The notes: generated from the sequence alone by a model not told the origin. A stretch of DNA of 62,923 nt, filler included, from Syncephalis fuscata S228 (GCA_025786725.1; 5 parts of 5 records of this genome joined end to end with filler, not necessarily neighbours in it), one strand, 5' to 3'. Shown: positions 35,001 through 49,526, counted from the whole stretch's first letter. A program made the numbers and translations.

Positions 35001-38000
35001 TCACCTAATTCATCCGATGATGAGTCTGATGAAGTACGCCAAAAGAACAGAGAAGCTGCCTTGGCCGCATTAATGGGATCATTTGGTAATTCACGTAGCA
35101 ATAATGATGGTGAAAATGACTCAGAGACTGAAAGTGAATCAGAATCACATAATCCATTAGAAAGTGTTTTATCACCCACATTCAGTATTTATGAACGGGC
35201 TCGTTTAGCTATGCAGAATAAACAACAACAGCAAGAAGAAGGCGATGAAGATGCCGATACTACTCAAATGGCTGATACATCTATTGCAGTTACGGTTAAT
35301 AATTACGAAGAGGAAGAACTCAATGCCATGCAATTCACACCTACTAGTGCTGGATTAGTACCTCGATTGGAATTCACTATATTCGAACCTGATCATAGCA
35401 ATAGCAATAGTGACATTGAAGATATGGACTTTGACCCAGAAGGTGATGCCTATCAGGAGAATGATATCGATGATGAATTACCTGATACAACAGCACCATC
35501 TACCGAACTTGTTCGTACATCATCGGCGGCATCTTCCATCTTATGGTTCTCTGATAGTGAATCAGGAGAGGATGATGATTTAGAAGATGAATTGGATGTG
35601 GAAAGTACAACAGAAATTGCCGATATAGTAGCTCGTCAAGATAGTCCAGATAGTGCGGCCACTTCATTATCAGAGGCTGAACCAGTCGTTCAAGCTATTG
35701 TAGACACACTAAGGGAAAAGGCTCTTAATGAAGTAGATGCCAATGATAGTCCAGTAGATTCAACTGATGTAAATGGATTACGTGATATCGATATTACTAC
35801 AAGTGATGTTTGTGAACGTGAACTAACAGTGGATACAGTTCAGACAGTAGATATAACGGAGACAGCAACAATTACCGAATCATTAAATAGAGAGATTCTA
35901 TTTACTGAACAAGTAGATAACACTATTGATATCACAACTAGTGATCTATCTCAATCTAGCAAGTCTGGGCCTTTAATCAGCGGTTTTATTAATGAACAAG
36001 AGGTAAATACTATTTCTGAATCTATAGTCACCAATATTATAGAAGAAGTAGTTATGAAAACTGACACTATCATATTAAATGATACGGTCAAATCAACGGT
36101 TGAACAAGAAGATGAAGATGAAGATGAAGATGAATATGAATATGATAGTGACAGTGATAGTGACAACATTGTTTCAACTTATTCGATTAAATCAATATCA
36201 GCTGTATCTACCACAGTGGCTATTACAGATAAAGAAATCAATAACGATGATGATGATGATGAGCCTATTATTACATTATCCAACAATAATAGTACCGATG
36301 AAGTAAATTTATCTACTGATACAGAACAGCAACCACCACCTAACGTGATACCGCGCAAGTTAATATCATTCCCTGATGTGTTATTTGATATGGATGAAGC
36401 ATATGAAGAAGTTAAACGGGAAGCTGATAAAGTAGCTGATGAAGTAGTTACAGTAGCAGTTACAACGGCTATTACTTCAGTAGAGAATAATGTTTACGGT
36501 ATTCATCGTGAGACTGAATTGGATACTAAATTAGACAGATCTGTCGATATTGCTCATTCACATTCAATTCAATCAAGTCAATTAATGGAGATTGAAGAAG
36601 AAGAAGAGGATGCGAACGATACACTAACATTGAATGATATTATTGGTGCTAGTGTAGCTCATATTGAATCTGAAGATAATGCAGTATTAAAAGTAACAGC
36701 ACCATTAATAATGATTGAAGAGGTAGCTACCACATCTACTATTTCTATTGATGAAGAGTTTGTATTAGAAGATACTATTGCATCATCGACTACTATTATC
36801 GATAAAGAGTCTGTAGCAGCACTAGATGAAGTGATGACAGCATTTGAACTCTCTATTGAAGAAGATAAATCAGTACTTGATGAAGTCATTACAACATCGG
36901 GTGTTGTTATTGAAGAAAAATCAATTGCTGAAGATGTTATTGCAGTATCAGAAGTTGTTATTGAAGCTTCTGAATCAACGTCAGTACTTGATGAAGTCAT
37001 TACAACATCGGGTGTTGTTATTGAAGAAAAATCAATTGCTGAAGATGTTATTGCAGTATCTGAAGTTGTTATTGAAGCTTCTGAATCAACATCAGTACTT
37101 GATGAATTTATTACAACATCGGATGTTGTTATTGAAGAAGAATCCGTTATTGAAGTTGTTACAGCATCTGAAGTTGTTATTGAAGCTTCTGAATCAACAT
37201 CAGTACTTGATGAAGTCATTACAACATCGGGTGTTGTTATTGAAGAAAAATCAATTGCTGAAGATGTTATTGCAGTATCAGAAGTTGTTATTGAAGCTTC
37301 TGAATCAACATCAGTAATTGATGAATTTATTACAACATCAGATGTTGTTATTGAAGAAGAATCTATTGCTGAAGATGCCATTGCAGTATCAGACATTGCT
37401 ATTGAAGCTTCTGAATCAACATCAGTACTTGATGAAGTCATTACAACATCAGATGTTGTTATTGAAGAAGAATCTATTGCTGAAGATGTTATTGCAGTAT
37501 CAGAAGTTGCTATTGAAGATTCTGAATCAACATCAGTACTTGATGAAGTTATTACAACATCAGAAACTGTTATTGAAGAGAATGCCATTGCAGTATCAGA
37601 AAATATCATCGAAGAAGAATCTGCATCTTTATTAGAAGAATTAGTTGTAGCATCAACTACGGTTATTGAAGACGATAAAGAATCATTATCGGAATCTACT
37701 ATTAATGAATCTGAGATAGTATCAACGGTAAAAGAAATAATTACAACATCAGATATTGTCATTGAAGAAGAAAGATCTACTACATCTGAATCGATATCTA
37801 ATATTACTATTGAAGTAACAGAAGAGACTGTCACAGCAGCCACAACAATCATAGTAGAAAAAGAAGAGATATCAACTGTTAAAGAACAAGCTATTCTTAT
37901 GCCCACACCTACTTTCCCTGATGAAGATATGCTGGCTATTGAACAAGAAGCTATTCATACTCGACTACCTGAATCAGACAGCGAACAAGAAGATGACTAC

Positions 38001-38939
38001 GAGAATGAAGACGAGGACAATGACGGCTTTTCATTATCAAATAACTTGTTAAATATGAGTATCTCCAGTGATCCATATGTTCCTTTATCTGATAGTGAAG
38101 ATGAATTAATTAACGCTTATTCATCTAAACGATCAGATCAACATGATGAAGATATCAATACCGATAATGAAGATGATGACGATGAAGATGACATTATAGA
38201 ATCAGATGTTTACACAATGACACGTACTATTATATCACCACCATCTCCGGCATTGTCATTTGATGATGATGATGATGATGTTAACAAAAAGATCATTCAT
38301 ATCCGTGCATCTAATATGGATTTGCTTAAAGTGGATCAATTTGAAGATGATGCTACATTCTCGGATGTACCAAGTGATGTTGATGAGCCGATTACTGGAC
38401 GTATTTCACCTGCTTCATCATTTATGGAAAAGCTTAGTTTATTGGCAAATGCCCATCCCCCAACAAATACCGTGGTGATCGATGATGGTATAAGTGACAC
38501 TGATACTGAGAAGGCTGAAGTAGAAGTAGACCAAATGGAAGCTCGACTTAAAGCTCTACTCCATCGATCTCATTCGCCAGTTGATGATCCAGTAACAGTA
38601 ATTGAAGAAGTGGCATTGTCTACTGATCAATTAGAAGTAGATGGGGAAGAAGAAGTTACTGAAATAACAACTTCAGTATCAATGGTGGAAAACCTAAAAA
38701 TCACGACTTCATTGGATGAATTGTTGATATTACAGCACCAAGTATCCCCTCACGATATACCGCTACCACCTAGTCCATCAGAGACATCTGATGATGATGA
38801 TAATATTGTAGATAGTAATGGCAATAGTCATAAGATGAAGGCTATTGATGCCATCAAGTCGTCATTATTGACATTATCTAGTGTTGATTTGGATAGTACA
38901 ACACCACCACCAGTAGGAAAAGTAGAACTGCCACTATAA
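32023..38939 (+). CDS. F-BAR + DEP + RhoGAP protein (Rgd2/Rga8-like) with very long acidic tail, ~2251 aa
   Basis: Exons 32023-32529, 32604-33856, 33944-38939 join in frame; FEDNFW and FLRQRIGIEELYA (FCH), GELLAQWL...GQAMIDNGYL (DEP), QIFGISI, LRLYLMELPECL, LGPSFLRP (RhoGAP). Confidence 0.9.
36870..37600 (+). repeat. Coding tandem repeat, 111-bp (37-aa) unit, ~6.5 copies
   Basis: SVLDEVITTSGVVIEEKSIAEDVIAVSEVVIEASEST units start at 36870, 36981, 37092, 37200, 37311, 37422, 37533. Confidence 0.95.
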
Positions 38940-39097
38940 TATAGTATATATATAATAGTATATATATAGGTGTGTGTGTGTGTGTGTGTGTCTATAGCCA
39001 TGTTTTCATTAGTTATTGATTATGTGTATTGTTTATTTTATGCGACTGTTATTATATTAATCTACTTAGACATGCACATAATCATTCATTTATTCGC

Positions 39098-39131
<34 letters not shown>

Positions 39132-42100
39132 GTTAAATCTATAGGCCCTTCTCTCTTTTAAAAGTATATTGTTGTTGTTCAACTATGTGGAATGGGTCAA
39201 TTTTAACATTTAATAAAAATAATTATTATCTTTATTAAACTTGTATTTAGCCTGTATTTGATAATGGCTTGGTCATATCTATAGATTTTGTTATATTAAT
39301 TCTATTTTTGCTATTAATATGATAGTATCAAAAATAAACATGCGCATATAATACAATGGTATATTTGACTTGGTTTTGATTATTAGTATGATTTATTATT
39401 GAAACTGCGTTTATTATTGATCTGCCTAAGCAGTAGTTGTGTTTAATTGATACTTCTGTATTTGGAACATCATTATTACTGCATGTTATGTCGAATAATC
39501 TTTGTTATTTTTGCCGAAATAACAATTAAACGATTAGAATATTCTTATGTTTATATTTGATGAATCACAGGTGATTTCATGAGTGTATTTTTGTAGATAT
39601 CGGGATTAAACTAAATTAGATTATTTAGGCAGTGCTAATACTCAATAAGGTAATCACAAATAGGCACTCCGACCTTTGTACACAAGGCTTTATATGCAAA
39701 GCTGTGAGCTNNNNNNNNNNNNNNNNNNNNNNNNNNNNNNNNNNNNNNNNNNNNTTAATTAATTAANNNNNNNNNNNNNNNNNNNNNNNNNNNNNNNNNN
39801 NNNNNNNNNNCTTTCTACTTTGCTATACTGCAGTTTGTAGATAAGTAGATTGCCATGTGCATCGACCATGGCCTTTTCATAGTTTAGCAACACGTCGTTT
39901 CTCCGATTCGTTGACTACTTTTCGAGTAATAATTATTTAACATGCTTACTCTTCTGTGTTCACCTGCACCGACACGCGCTTACCCGCCATACTGCCCCAT
40001 CCATGCGATGCGGATAACGATGGTAGCAACACTGGCCTTGTTATTGTTAGTGCGGTAATCGCCATTACTACTACAACTACTACAACAGCAAATGCTATCA
40101 TTTCATCCATGTGCTTTTGCGTTAATTCAAACGATAGCCATTGAGCGATAGCCATCGCCACAACAACAAAAACTTGTAATTTCGCGTGTCATCATACTTT
40201 CCGTTTCATCTCGGTCTCTTCTCCTCCTTCTATTCACGTTTTTACTTGATATTGCTTTTATTGATCCGGTCGAGATTCCTTTTTGTTCTTGGCTCTTTTT
40301 CTTTTCTTTCTCTTATTTCTCTATCTGTTTATTTCCACTCACCTCCACTGAATAGTTCGCCTGTACCGACAGTCGTCACGCTTTATTTGACTGTACATCC
40401 TACGTGTACAACGCGTGTACTAGCACTTGTCTAAATAACCTTTCGTTATTCATAGTCAACGGCCTATTCATCCTTACTATTCCATCGGCTTGCTCTTCCA
40501 TAGTTGCCTGTTCCGTGATTCGTGTCACCATCTTTTGAAATTTTGGTGCCACGTTTAGTATTTCCCTACTTTTTTTCTATCATTTGAAAAATTTTCCGTT
40601 TACTGCTTTTCTCCTAACAACGGCAGCCATTACCATCATCACATAAAAAATAACAAATAACAGATAACAGCTACAACAATAGCAGTGACAGTACATCAAT
40701 AACCATAACAACACCCTTTTAGCCGTCCAGACAAAGTGATCTATTAACACCTTTACATAACTATATTGACTGTGTGATTTTACTAAAACTATTGCACTTG
40801 TTACCAAGTTATTATTTTGTTCACTTTGTGCCGCATCGCTTATCCGCGGCTATTCTTAGCACCGTACTAGCTAACTTTTGCAGTTTGGTTTCACCGTGTC
40901 TTCAGCCTTTTTTCCTTCATTATCTACAGGTATTCCTTAGCTTGCGTGCGTTCGTGCATCCGTACTTGTGTATCCTTCCTCTCTTTGCTCCCATTATCTT
41001 TTTTTGTTTTTTTTTTTTTATTTTTTATTATCTATCACTTCTGTGTTTGTTTCTTGCTTACTTATCAGTACCTTTGCTTTTTCTCCTTCCTCTCTCTCTC
41101 TCTGCACCTCGACTTGCCACGTTTTCTTAGCGGTTTCCTTTTGTATAAAAGGACTGAAATATTAGCGTTGGCCGTTTGTCCACGTTTAACCTATTCGCCA
41201 TTACCATTGACCGACCTTTCACGTACGCATTGTTCACTGCTAACCATAGTGTTATTTGTTTGAGTAACCATTGCTGACGCGTACATTGCTTCATTTATCC
41301 GTTTTTATCATTTCTATCTTAATACGTTTTCTTGTTACGTACAATCTTTGGCATTTTATTTTCAGCTTTATTCAAACGTCATCACACGTGAAATTCATTA
41401 TAATAATTTCTACTAAAAACCGGCCAACAATTTGCATTCTGATCCCCTCATTTGGCACAGAAAGCAACGAAAACGACGGACGATCTGACCACGCGGAGAA
41501 TTTGATTTGAACACACACAGCACACAGCACCAATAACAACACCATCAACAACAACATCCTTTGCTGGCGATCATTGAGTTACCGAAACAAGACTTGTTCA
41601 CCTCCTTTGCTTTCCATCTTCAGCCTTACCTTGAACTCTGGTACTGTCATTATTCCTATACAACGCCGAGCCTCCTTTTCCATTCTATTAAGGCTACTTT
41701 CAACTATCTGTGCTGTTGTTATTGTCACCACCACCATCATCATCCTTCTCTACTCTGGTTATTATTATTACTATTATAATATTTAATCTAGTCGTGCTAC
41801 AACATCCGCATCGATTTGATACGCTTTATTTCTACAAAGTTGCCGCACCGTTTTTTCAGCTTCTATCACGTGCTGTTGGTGCGTGGTGCGCAGGCGTACA
41901 TCTGGCTAAGTTGTATTTGACGCTTTATTGGATTAATTTCCTAATAGCACGCTTGCTTGGCCTGGTGCTATCAATTTGAACTTTGCTTAGTTTGCCTTTA
42001 TTTCTATCGGTATCAGTATATTTACACTAGCAAATAAGCCCACCTCTTTGTAATTTGGCAAGCATTCGTCATTCTTTAAACCTTAATAGCTCGCCACCGT

Positions 42101-42334
42101 AATTCTATTGGTGTGTACGTGCACTTGCGCGCGTGCCTGTGTTGGTCGTTATTAGTTCATAATACGCTTGCTTCCCCCTTGACAGCGGCTCATATTGTTT
42201 CTACTTCTTGTCGTTCTTTTTCATCTCAAACGACGGCATTCCTTTTCGTTAAAACTTACTCATTGGTCGCAACTTGCATTGCATATTCACCTATCTACAC
42301 CTAATTTCTAAAGTTATATTGAATAGTTTGTACA

Positions 42335-42528
42335 ATGTCGCTCTTTGGTCACCTACGACGCTACATAGTGCCAGCTTTGCGGTTAACACGGTTCATGGTT
42401 GTTTGGGGCTCTATCACGGTGACACTTTGGATACTCGCCTTGCCTGTTATTGCTCGCGAAGTATTCAAAGGTTTATTACGTCGAAATGCTGCTCGTAATA
42501 CACAGCCGTCTTCTACACAGCAGCAGCA

Positions 42529-42560
<32 letters not shown>

Positions 42561-42931
42561 AGCAATCACCACCGTCACAACAACAACAACAGCAACAGCA
42601 GCGACGATCACCAACATCACCAAATCGTCGTTATGCTACTGCAGAAAATCGCTCAGCAGCACGACAGTCCTATAATGATAATACAGGTGCATCTTGGTCA
42701 CGTTCCAGCTCTAATGACTCTACCAATGGTCATTATTATCGAACATCCACCTCATTTACTAACGAAAATCTAGCTAATGGCCGTACTCATACTACTACTG
42801 CTAGTCATCGATCGGGCCGTCGTACACCGCCCAAATATACACGCACCCAAGTACCACCTTCTCCTCCGCGTAGTACATCGCCTCCTCAGCCACGAGTTCA
42901 TAATGTCTCGCCTAGTGGATGGCATATGTAA
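42335..42931 (+). CDS. 198-aa protein with N-terminal hydrophobic segment and poly-Gln tracts
   Basis: ATG-initiated ORF, TM-like FMVVWGSITVTLWILALPVI, CAG/CAA repeats, Ser/Pro/Arg-rich tail. Confidence 0.65.
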
Positions 42932-45132
42932 TTAAGGAGTAATTATAGCAACATTTATATACTTATACATGTTTGCAGATATGAATATGTCATTTGCATA
43001 TGAAATGGATTTTTCCATTTTTAAATTTAATGGAACTTTACTGTTTGTCTTAAATCTTGCTTAAAATATTATTAGTGCTATGTTCAATTGATTATCGGAG
43101 TAGATAGGATGCGCGGATATATGTGCAACGATGCAATCCAGAATGGTAAAAATATATCTTAGCGCTCAATAAATACTACTTTTATCCAGACTTACGAAAT
43201 AATCAAAATACTTTTTATTATGTTAATTGTTACTAAATATATGTTTTATAATAATGAATAGTTTTAATGTCAAATAACTTTTATTCTCAATGCATTTATT
43301 CATTTACTATCAATCTGTTCTATGATGTGCCGACATGTTGGGTAGATTGACTTTTATTATTTACACTCCATTTATTAATGAATTAAACTCGGCTGTTTAT
43401 AAATATTGACTGACAGGCTCACATCTCACAATCTACGTCATCACACTTTCCTTTCTCTTTCTTCACACTTGGCAGCATATATCCATTACATATACTTGTA
43501 CACTCTATATATACTAATTAGATAGTGTTAGTAGTTGACTAGCTACTAGTCAAGTACAAACACCTTCTACACTATGTACTTGGATTGCTCTTTTGTAATC
43601 TGACCCCTTTTTATAAATCACCATTGCTCTGATTATTATTACTGATACCTTTACTAACACGGTAAGTGCATTTTTTTGGTTATAGTATGTTATGTCGCGT
43701 ATATTCCGCCACAGTAATTGTATAAAAAAGCTGTACATACGCACAGTAGCAATATCAGCAATAATACTAGTATAATTTCTGAATAAGCCTTTAGTACCAG
43801 TTTAACAATATGATCTGCTACTGTTCTTACTACTGTACGTGTACAGTTGCTAGCGCAATTGCTGTGTTAATTATATGTGCTGTTATTTCTTGGCCGATTG
43901 CCTTTTTTTGCTCTATTCCAGTATTTGAATAATTTCATTTATCAGTATTTCTTGTTAAGCAGCAATATTTGTATGGCGTTGTGTTAAACTTTTTATTTCT
44001 GCATTGCTTTTCTTGATCTAGTACTGTAATTAGCATCAGTTTTTATGAAGAATTATTGCAGTATATTTTTTTATAGTACATACTACTGGCCCATATATAA
44101 GACGCGTTATTTTTAACTATTAAGCAGATATTACTATATTTTATTCAATAAAGTATATTCGCAATAAAAGCATAGAAGAAATTACACAAATTGCAGCGTG
44201 TTTATGGTGTGCATTTCAAAAAATTACTTTTATTATTAAATAAATTACTATATTTTCTTATTCAATTGCTTGATAATAACATTCGCAGTTAATAACAATC
44301 CACCACGCCTAAAATTATCAGATAATAAACTTTAACTTTTTTGGTTAAATTATTTGGCATTTGCTTAGCTACCACTTTTACGGCTATTATGTCGCGTAGA
44401 TTTAAAGATATTAGTATAGCTGCCTGTACTCATATTGCTGTATTTAATTTAAATAATAAAGACTTTTTTAAAAAATCAATCTTAATACACACTAACAATA
44501 TTGTCGTAAGTCTAAAGATAAGAATATGTCTTAGATTGCTTTGCATAGATATATTAAGATACTTGTGTAGTACACGCTCACTGTAAATACATACATGATT
44601 TACCCATCTTATAATAAAGTATTGGTCTTCACTCTATTTTATTTTATTAATTAGTTGGTTGTCTTTTCATGACAACGTATTTGTTTTGTTAATTTATTTA
44701 TTTTTATAGTATTCTATGCTTTTTTGCCATGTTTTATTAAAAAGTGCCTTTATTCTAATTTCAGTATACTATTATTTGGCTATATGATAATGATAGCTTT
44801 GCTACTATCCATACCAATCTATGTTTATAGCTTACACGATATAATTATAGATATAGCAATTTGATTGTATATAATTAATATGGAACCATAAATTTATTAC
44901 TATAAGCTTGCACAGTTGAATAGGAACAACTAAATGCAATCTTGTTGGCAAAATAATGATTCCATTGATTAAAGACTGGATAAACCAAAGCATTGGCCAA
45001 AACTTGATATATAAATAGACTGGACGGCTTATTTGTCAAATGACCTTGCTTTTCACCAAATATATACCTAAAGTGTATTGGAATAGTGATTTGATTGCAC
45101 TACCAATGCTGATGTCTTGAAACCATCAATCA

Positions 45133-46055
45133 TCCTGTATTTACAAATAAAGATATTGTATGTCATATAATTAATGCATAGCTAGTCAATATATAATGGT
45201 ACTTACAGCCTATTATTATTAAGTTATTTATACGCATAATACATGGGCATAATTAGTGCATAGTCAGTCAATATATAGTACAACTTACACTCTATTAATA
45301 TTAAATATTTATACGCATAATACATGATCATAATTAGTGCATAGTCAGTTAATATATAATATTACTTACTGACTATTAGTATTAGGTTATTTATACGCAT
45401 AATACATGGTCATAATTAGTGCATGGTTAGTTAATATATAATGCAACTTACTAGCTATTATTATTAAATTTTTAATACATATAGTAAACGATACATGATT
45501 AGTGTATAGTCAGTTAATATATACTACAACTTACGCCCTATTGGTATTAAGTTATTCATACGCATAATACATGGTACATAATTAGTGCATATTCAGTCAA
45601 TATATGATATAACTTACAGGCTATTAATATTAAGTTATTTATACGCATAATACATGGGCATAATTAGTGCATAGTCAGTCAATATATAGTATAACTTACA
45701 ACCTATTAATATTAAGTTAGAAACATGCATGATACATGGTACATAGTTAGTGCATAGTCAGTCAATATATGATATAACTTACAACCTATTAGTATTAAGT
45801 TATTTGTACGCATAATACATGGTACACAGTTAGTGCATATTCAGTAAATATACAATACAACTTACGAGCTATTAATATTAAGTTAGAAATACTGTTAGTA
45901 AGCATAATAATATGATATATCTACTGTCATTGAAACATACCACGGCGAACCAAAGCTGATTTATCATCCACAATGACTGGTTTAGCATCCGCCATGGTTG
46001 TAGCGGCTATCAAAGCCACGACAATAGTGCAAACAACGGCAATGGAAAGCTTCAT
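45133..46055 (-). CDS. Microexon-array peptide precursor, locus 3 (11 exons, 47 aa)
   Basis: Exon 1 46055-45941 MKLSIAVVCTIVVALIAATTMADAKPVIVDDKSALVRR+G; nine 3-nt exons CTC GTT GTT CCT GGC CTA TCA AGT GCT; last exon GA completes TGA. Mature ARCSWPIKC. Confidence 0.9.
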
Positions 46056-48036
46056 GGTGATGTTGATTTGTTAAGACAAACAACTAAAAGAAATAGTAGT
46101 GTGTGATTGATATAAAGTGGAGAGTAGTGTGTGTTTAGTAATAAGTAGAGTACGATGATGATATTGCAGTTGGTTGTGTATATTTTGTGGGCCATTTATA
46201 CTTACGGTTATGCTGAGATGCTAGTATACTGTAGTATACAAGGTATACCATTGATGTGTAGTATGAACCAATAAAGCAATTCAAGTGATGGTCTGGAATG
46301 CACATGTACCAATAGATTCATGGTTTAATAGGGTGCTTCTAGCCTTTACTTCAGTCTGCCTAGTCTTGATTTAACCTATCCGGTCTTTACTCCAATCTGC
46401 TAGTCATTTGCACGAGTACTGTAATAGTGTTTATAACCCAGTATATATGAGATAAAAATAGACATATTAACTTGTATTTTCTGTTACACAGTTTGACTAT
46501 TTGGTAAAAGCAAGATACTGTTTGGCTTTGTAAAAATGATAGCGGTGCTTTTGCTGCCATTTCTACCGATTTGGTTCTCAATATCTGCATGCATACAGAA
46601 TAACATACAACACTGATACAAAAACAAGTTTAATGTATGAAACTAGTATTTTATACAGGTTTTTACTGCTATACATAGGTCAGTTGTTATTTTTAAATTA
46701 TAAAGCGTATTAATTAATTTTATGCATGCATTCCATTCGACACTATGCCCATTATTATGGGGTAATAATTGTTTTGAATTCACAAATATATCGTACCCAA
46801 GCATATCATGCTACATGTTGTGCAACTACCATCATTCAAATGGTGGCTAATCTAAATCACCTGGAATCGACTATACAATAAGTACTGTTTGTAACATGAT
46901 ACATCACAGAATTTTGAGCAATAAAGCATTCTAACAAGTCATTTTATCAGTTTCAGTTGTAGACTAAATTGTATCGGCTAAATTACACGCAATACAATAT
47001 GCAGACACTAGACTAAACACAATAGAAAGTTCTAACCAAATATCAGCAATTTCAAATGCATAGTGACTGTGAATTGTATATCAATTAGTAATTATCCAAG
47101 GTCTAAGTTTTGTTTGCATTTCTGAACCACTTCTAACAAGTTAAGCAAGTTGGAATATAGAAGCACAAGCCAAAGCAGAAATCAATGAAAAAACAACTGG
47201 CAACTTAAAGGCTTACTGGTTTAACCTGTAGCAAATTATTATAGTTATGTTAAACTGGACTGTGTTCATCAAAAGTCGATTGTTGCTGATGCGACTATAA
47301 CAGCAGCAATGTTAAACCGAGATAACTCACAGAAAACAGAGAGATGTAAATATAATTGAATTAACAAGTTTAGTAGGCAAATAACTGATTATTGTCACTA
47401 TAACTTATAATTCTGGCTGTTTGTATGGATAGATATTTACAATTAAATTGTAACTTCTTATATACTTACATTTACACGATCACCAACTAAGCCTACTATT
47501 ATAAAGCTTAATTTAACTACTTATTAAAGCAGCTAATATTCTGCATTATTGCAATAATAGAAAGACATATTAATTTTATTTATTGAGCATTAATAAAAGC
47601 TGTATAACTATATATTAAAACAAAATAAAACATTAGATTGAGTGTGTAATATTTATATTGTCATGAGTCTAAAGATAAAAATATGTCTTAGGTTGCTTGG
47701 CACAGATATATTAAGACACTTGTGTAGTACACGCTTACTATAAATAGATACAAAATTTGCCCATTTTATAATAAAATATATTAGCTTTTTAGTTTTGTCT
47801 TCTAATTAGTGTTATACAGTTTATTCAGTTTATTATAGTTAAACTATGCTAATGATAAGCGATAAGGAATAAGTTTACTTTCAAACCAATGTTAACTAAT
47901 TGACATTTTGTATTTTACAAGTTAGGTTTAGTAAATATTGAATATCAGCATTATACAATAGCATCAGAATAATTTGTCGTTTAATCATTTAAGCTACATA
48001 GCTATAATCAGAGCTATAACAATATAAAGATGGTCT

Positions 48037-48768
48037 TTATATTTGACCGGATAAACTAAGCGATTCAATAACTATAACAGCAATAAGAAGCGATACAACG
48101 CCTACAACATTGACAATTCCCCATCGTTTGCTTTCCTTATGCTTTGAGAATGTCCAAAAAGCGCCAATGACCCATAGTGGAGGTACTAAAAATCCAAACA
48201 TAAATGTGAACATTGGGAATGGGTGTCGTCGCCAAAAAGACTTCTTATGAGCAATTGCTACTTGTATATCTTGAAAGTCGCTTGGCGTTTCTTGCTGATA
48301 CATTTCCTTGTGGTACATTTCTCGTCTGTTTAGATCTGAGAAATTATTAGAATAGCTTTCTGAATATGGATCGGCTATGTCACCATAGAAGTAACGGCCT
48401 TGCACGTGCTGTGCTGGAACAGCAGGAGCTGGCAACTCTGGCGCATAAGGCGGCGGCGGTGGTGGCGGCTTAAAATGGGTATTTTCTGCGTACTTGGGCG
48501 TCACCATCTTGAGCGTCTTGTCGTACGCGTTGATTCCGAGGCCTATATTCGCGGATGACGGCTCAGCAACTACTTGCGAATAGAGTCGTTTTCGATATGT
48601 ATCATGGCTTGGCGTGCTACCTTCCCTACCACGACCATTATTTTCCTCGCCATCAATTCCTTTTGGTGTTGTTCGTCGCTTCTTTTCTGTGCCTTCAAAC
48701 GTACTCATGTCGGCGATATGGGCTTTAGGCGTTGTGTAAGTATTACCTTTATCGAATGTAGATGTCAT
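48037..48768 (-). CDS. PY-motif protein with C-terminal TM hairpin, 243 aa
   Basis: PPPPY; FMFGFLVPPLWVIGAFW...RWGIVN. Confidence 0.8.
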   Translation of the reverse strand: MTSTFDKGNTYTTPKAHIADMSTFEGTEKKRRTTPKGIDGEENNGRGREGSTPSHDTYRKRLYSQVVAEPSSANIGLGINAYDKTLKMVTPKYAENTHFKPPPPPPPYAPELPAPAVPAQHVQGRYFYGDIADPYSESYSNNFSDLNRREMYHKEMYQQETPSDFQDIQVAIAHKKSFWRRHPFPMFTFMFGFLVPPLWVIGAFWTFSKHKESKRWGIVNVVGVVSLLIAVIVIESLSLSGQI

Positions 48769-49526
48769 GGTTTTATGGACTAATCAATATTATTGTAATA
48801 AGAAATAAACAAGGAGAGATGACATCGTTTATAATAAATCTCTGACATTTTGGAAATTTGTAGTTGATGTTTCAAATTTATGATGCACGACAAATTTTTG
48901 AATACAATACCCGATACTACTAAAGTAATATATATATATATATATATAATTGAGATGGCTGTACTTAGGTTGCTTTTAGGCAAAAAATACTATATAACAA
49001 TATTTTTAAAAAAAATAATACTTAATTCTTGAAAGAAATACAAAAAGATTATAATTAGTTTTATGAAAATGGGGTAAACAATTAACTTTATGTTTAAACC
49101 AATGCGTTTATTATCATTACCTTAATTGTAATAAATGATAAATTATTATGGAAATAAATTAACAATTACATCATGTAGTCGCGCATAATATGCGATTAAA
49201 AGCTTTAGTTATTTTTTATTGCTAAAATGATTTATTAAAATCCAATTATTTTTACGTAACTAAAAAAACACCTAAAGTATGGTAAAATGCATCTAATTCT
49301 TGAACGTAAAAAGAATTAAATAATTTATAATTACCACATTTAATAATATTAATTACTACATTATCTAAAATGGTAATGTAGTGTTTGGAATGGAATTGAG
49401 TAATAAACAAATTTTCATCACATTTTATTATACTTCAGGTGTTATAATGACTTCAGTATAATAAATCATCTAGTCGACACTAAACAATATTGCTGGTTAT
49501 TAATTGTAAAATTGGTTAGCATTGAC

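Noticed and set aside
36659-37906. 415-aa antisense ORF and Leu/Lys-rich alternative-frame ORFs
   Set aside because: Shadows of the repetitive RhoGAP coding strand.
39946-42304. Many short hydrophobic ORFs
   Set aside because: Pyrimidine-rich low-complexity sequence, mostly non-ATG starts; probably leader or intergenic DNA.
30181-43421. 13-kb transposon bounded by 133-bp inverted repeats
   Set aside because: The copies lie on different contigs, enclose a housekeeping gene and no transposase; more likely a dispersed repeat.
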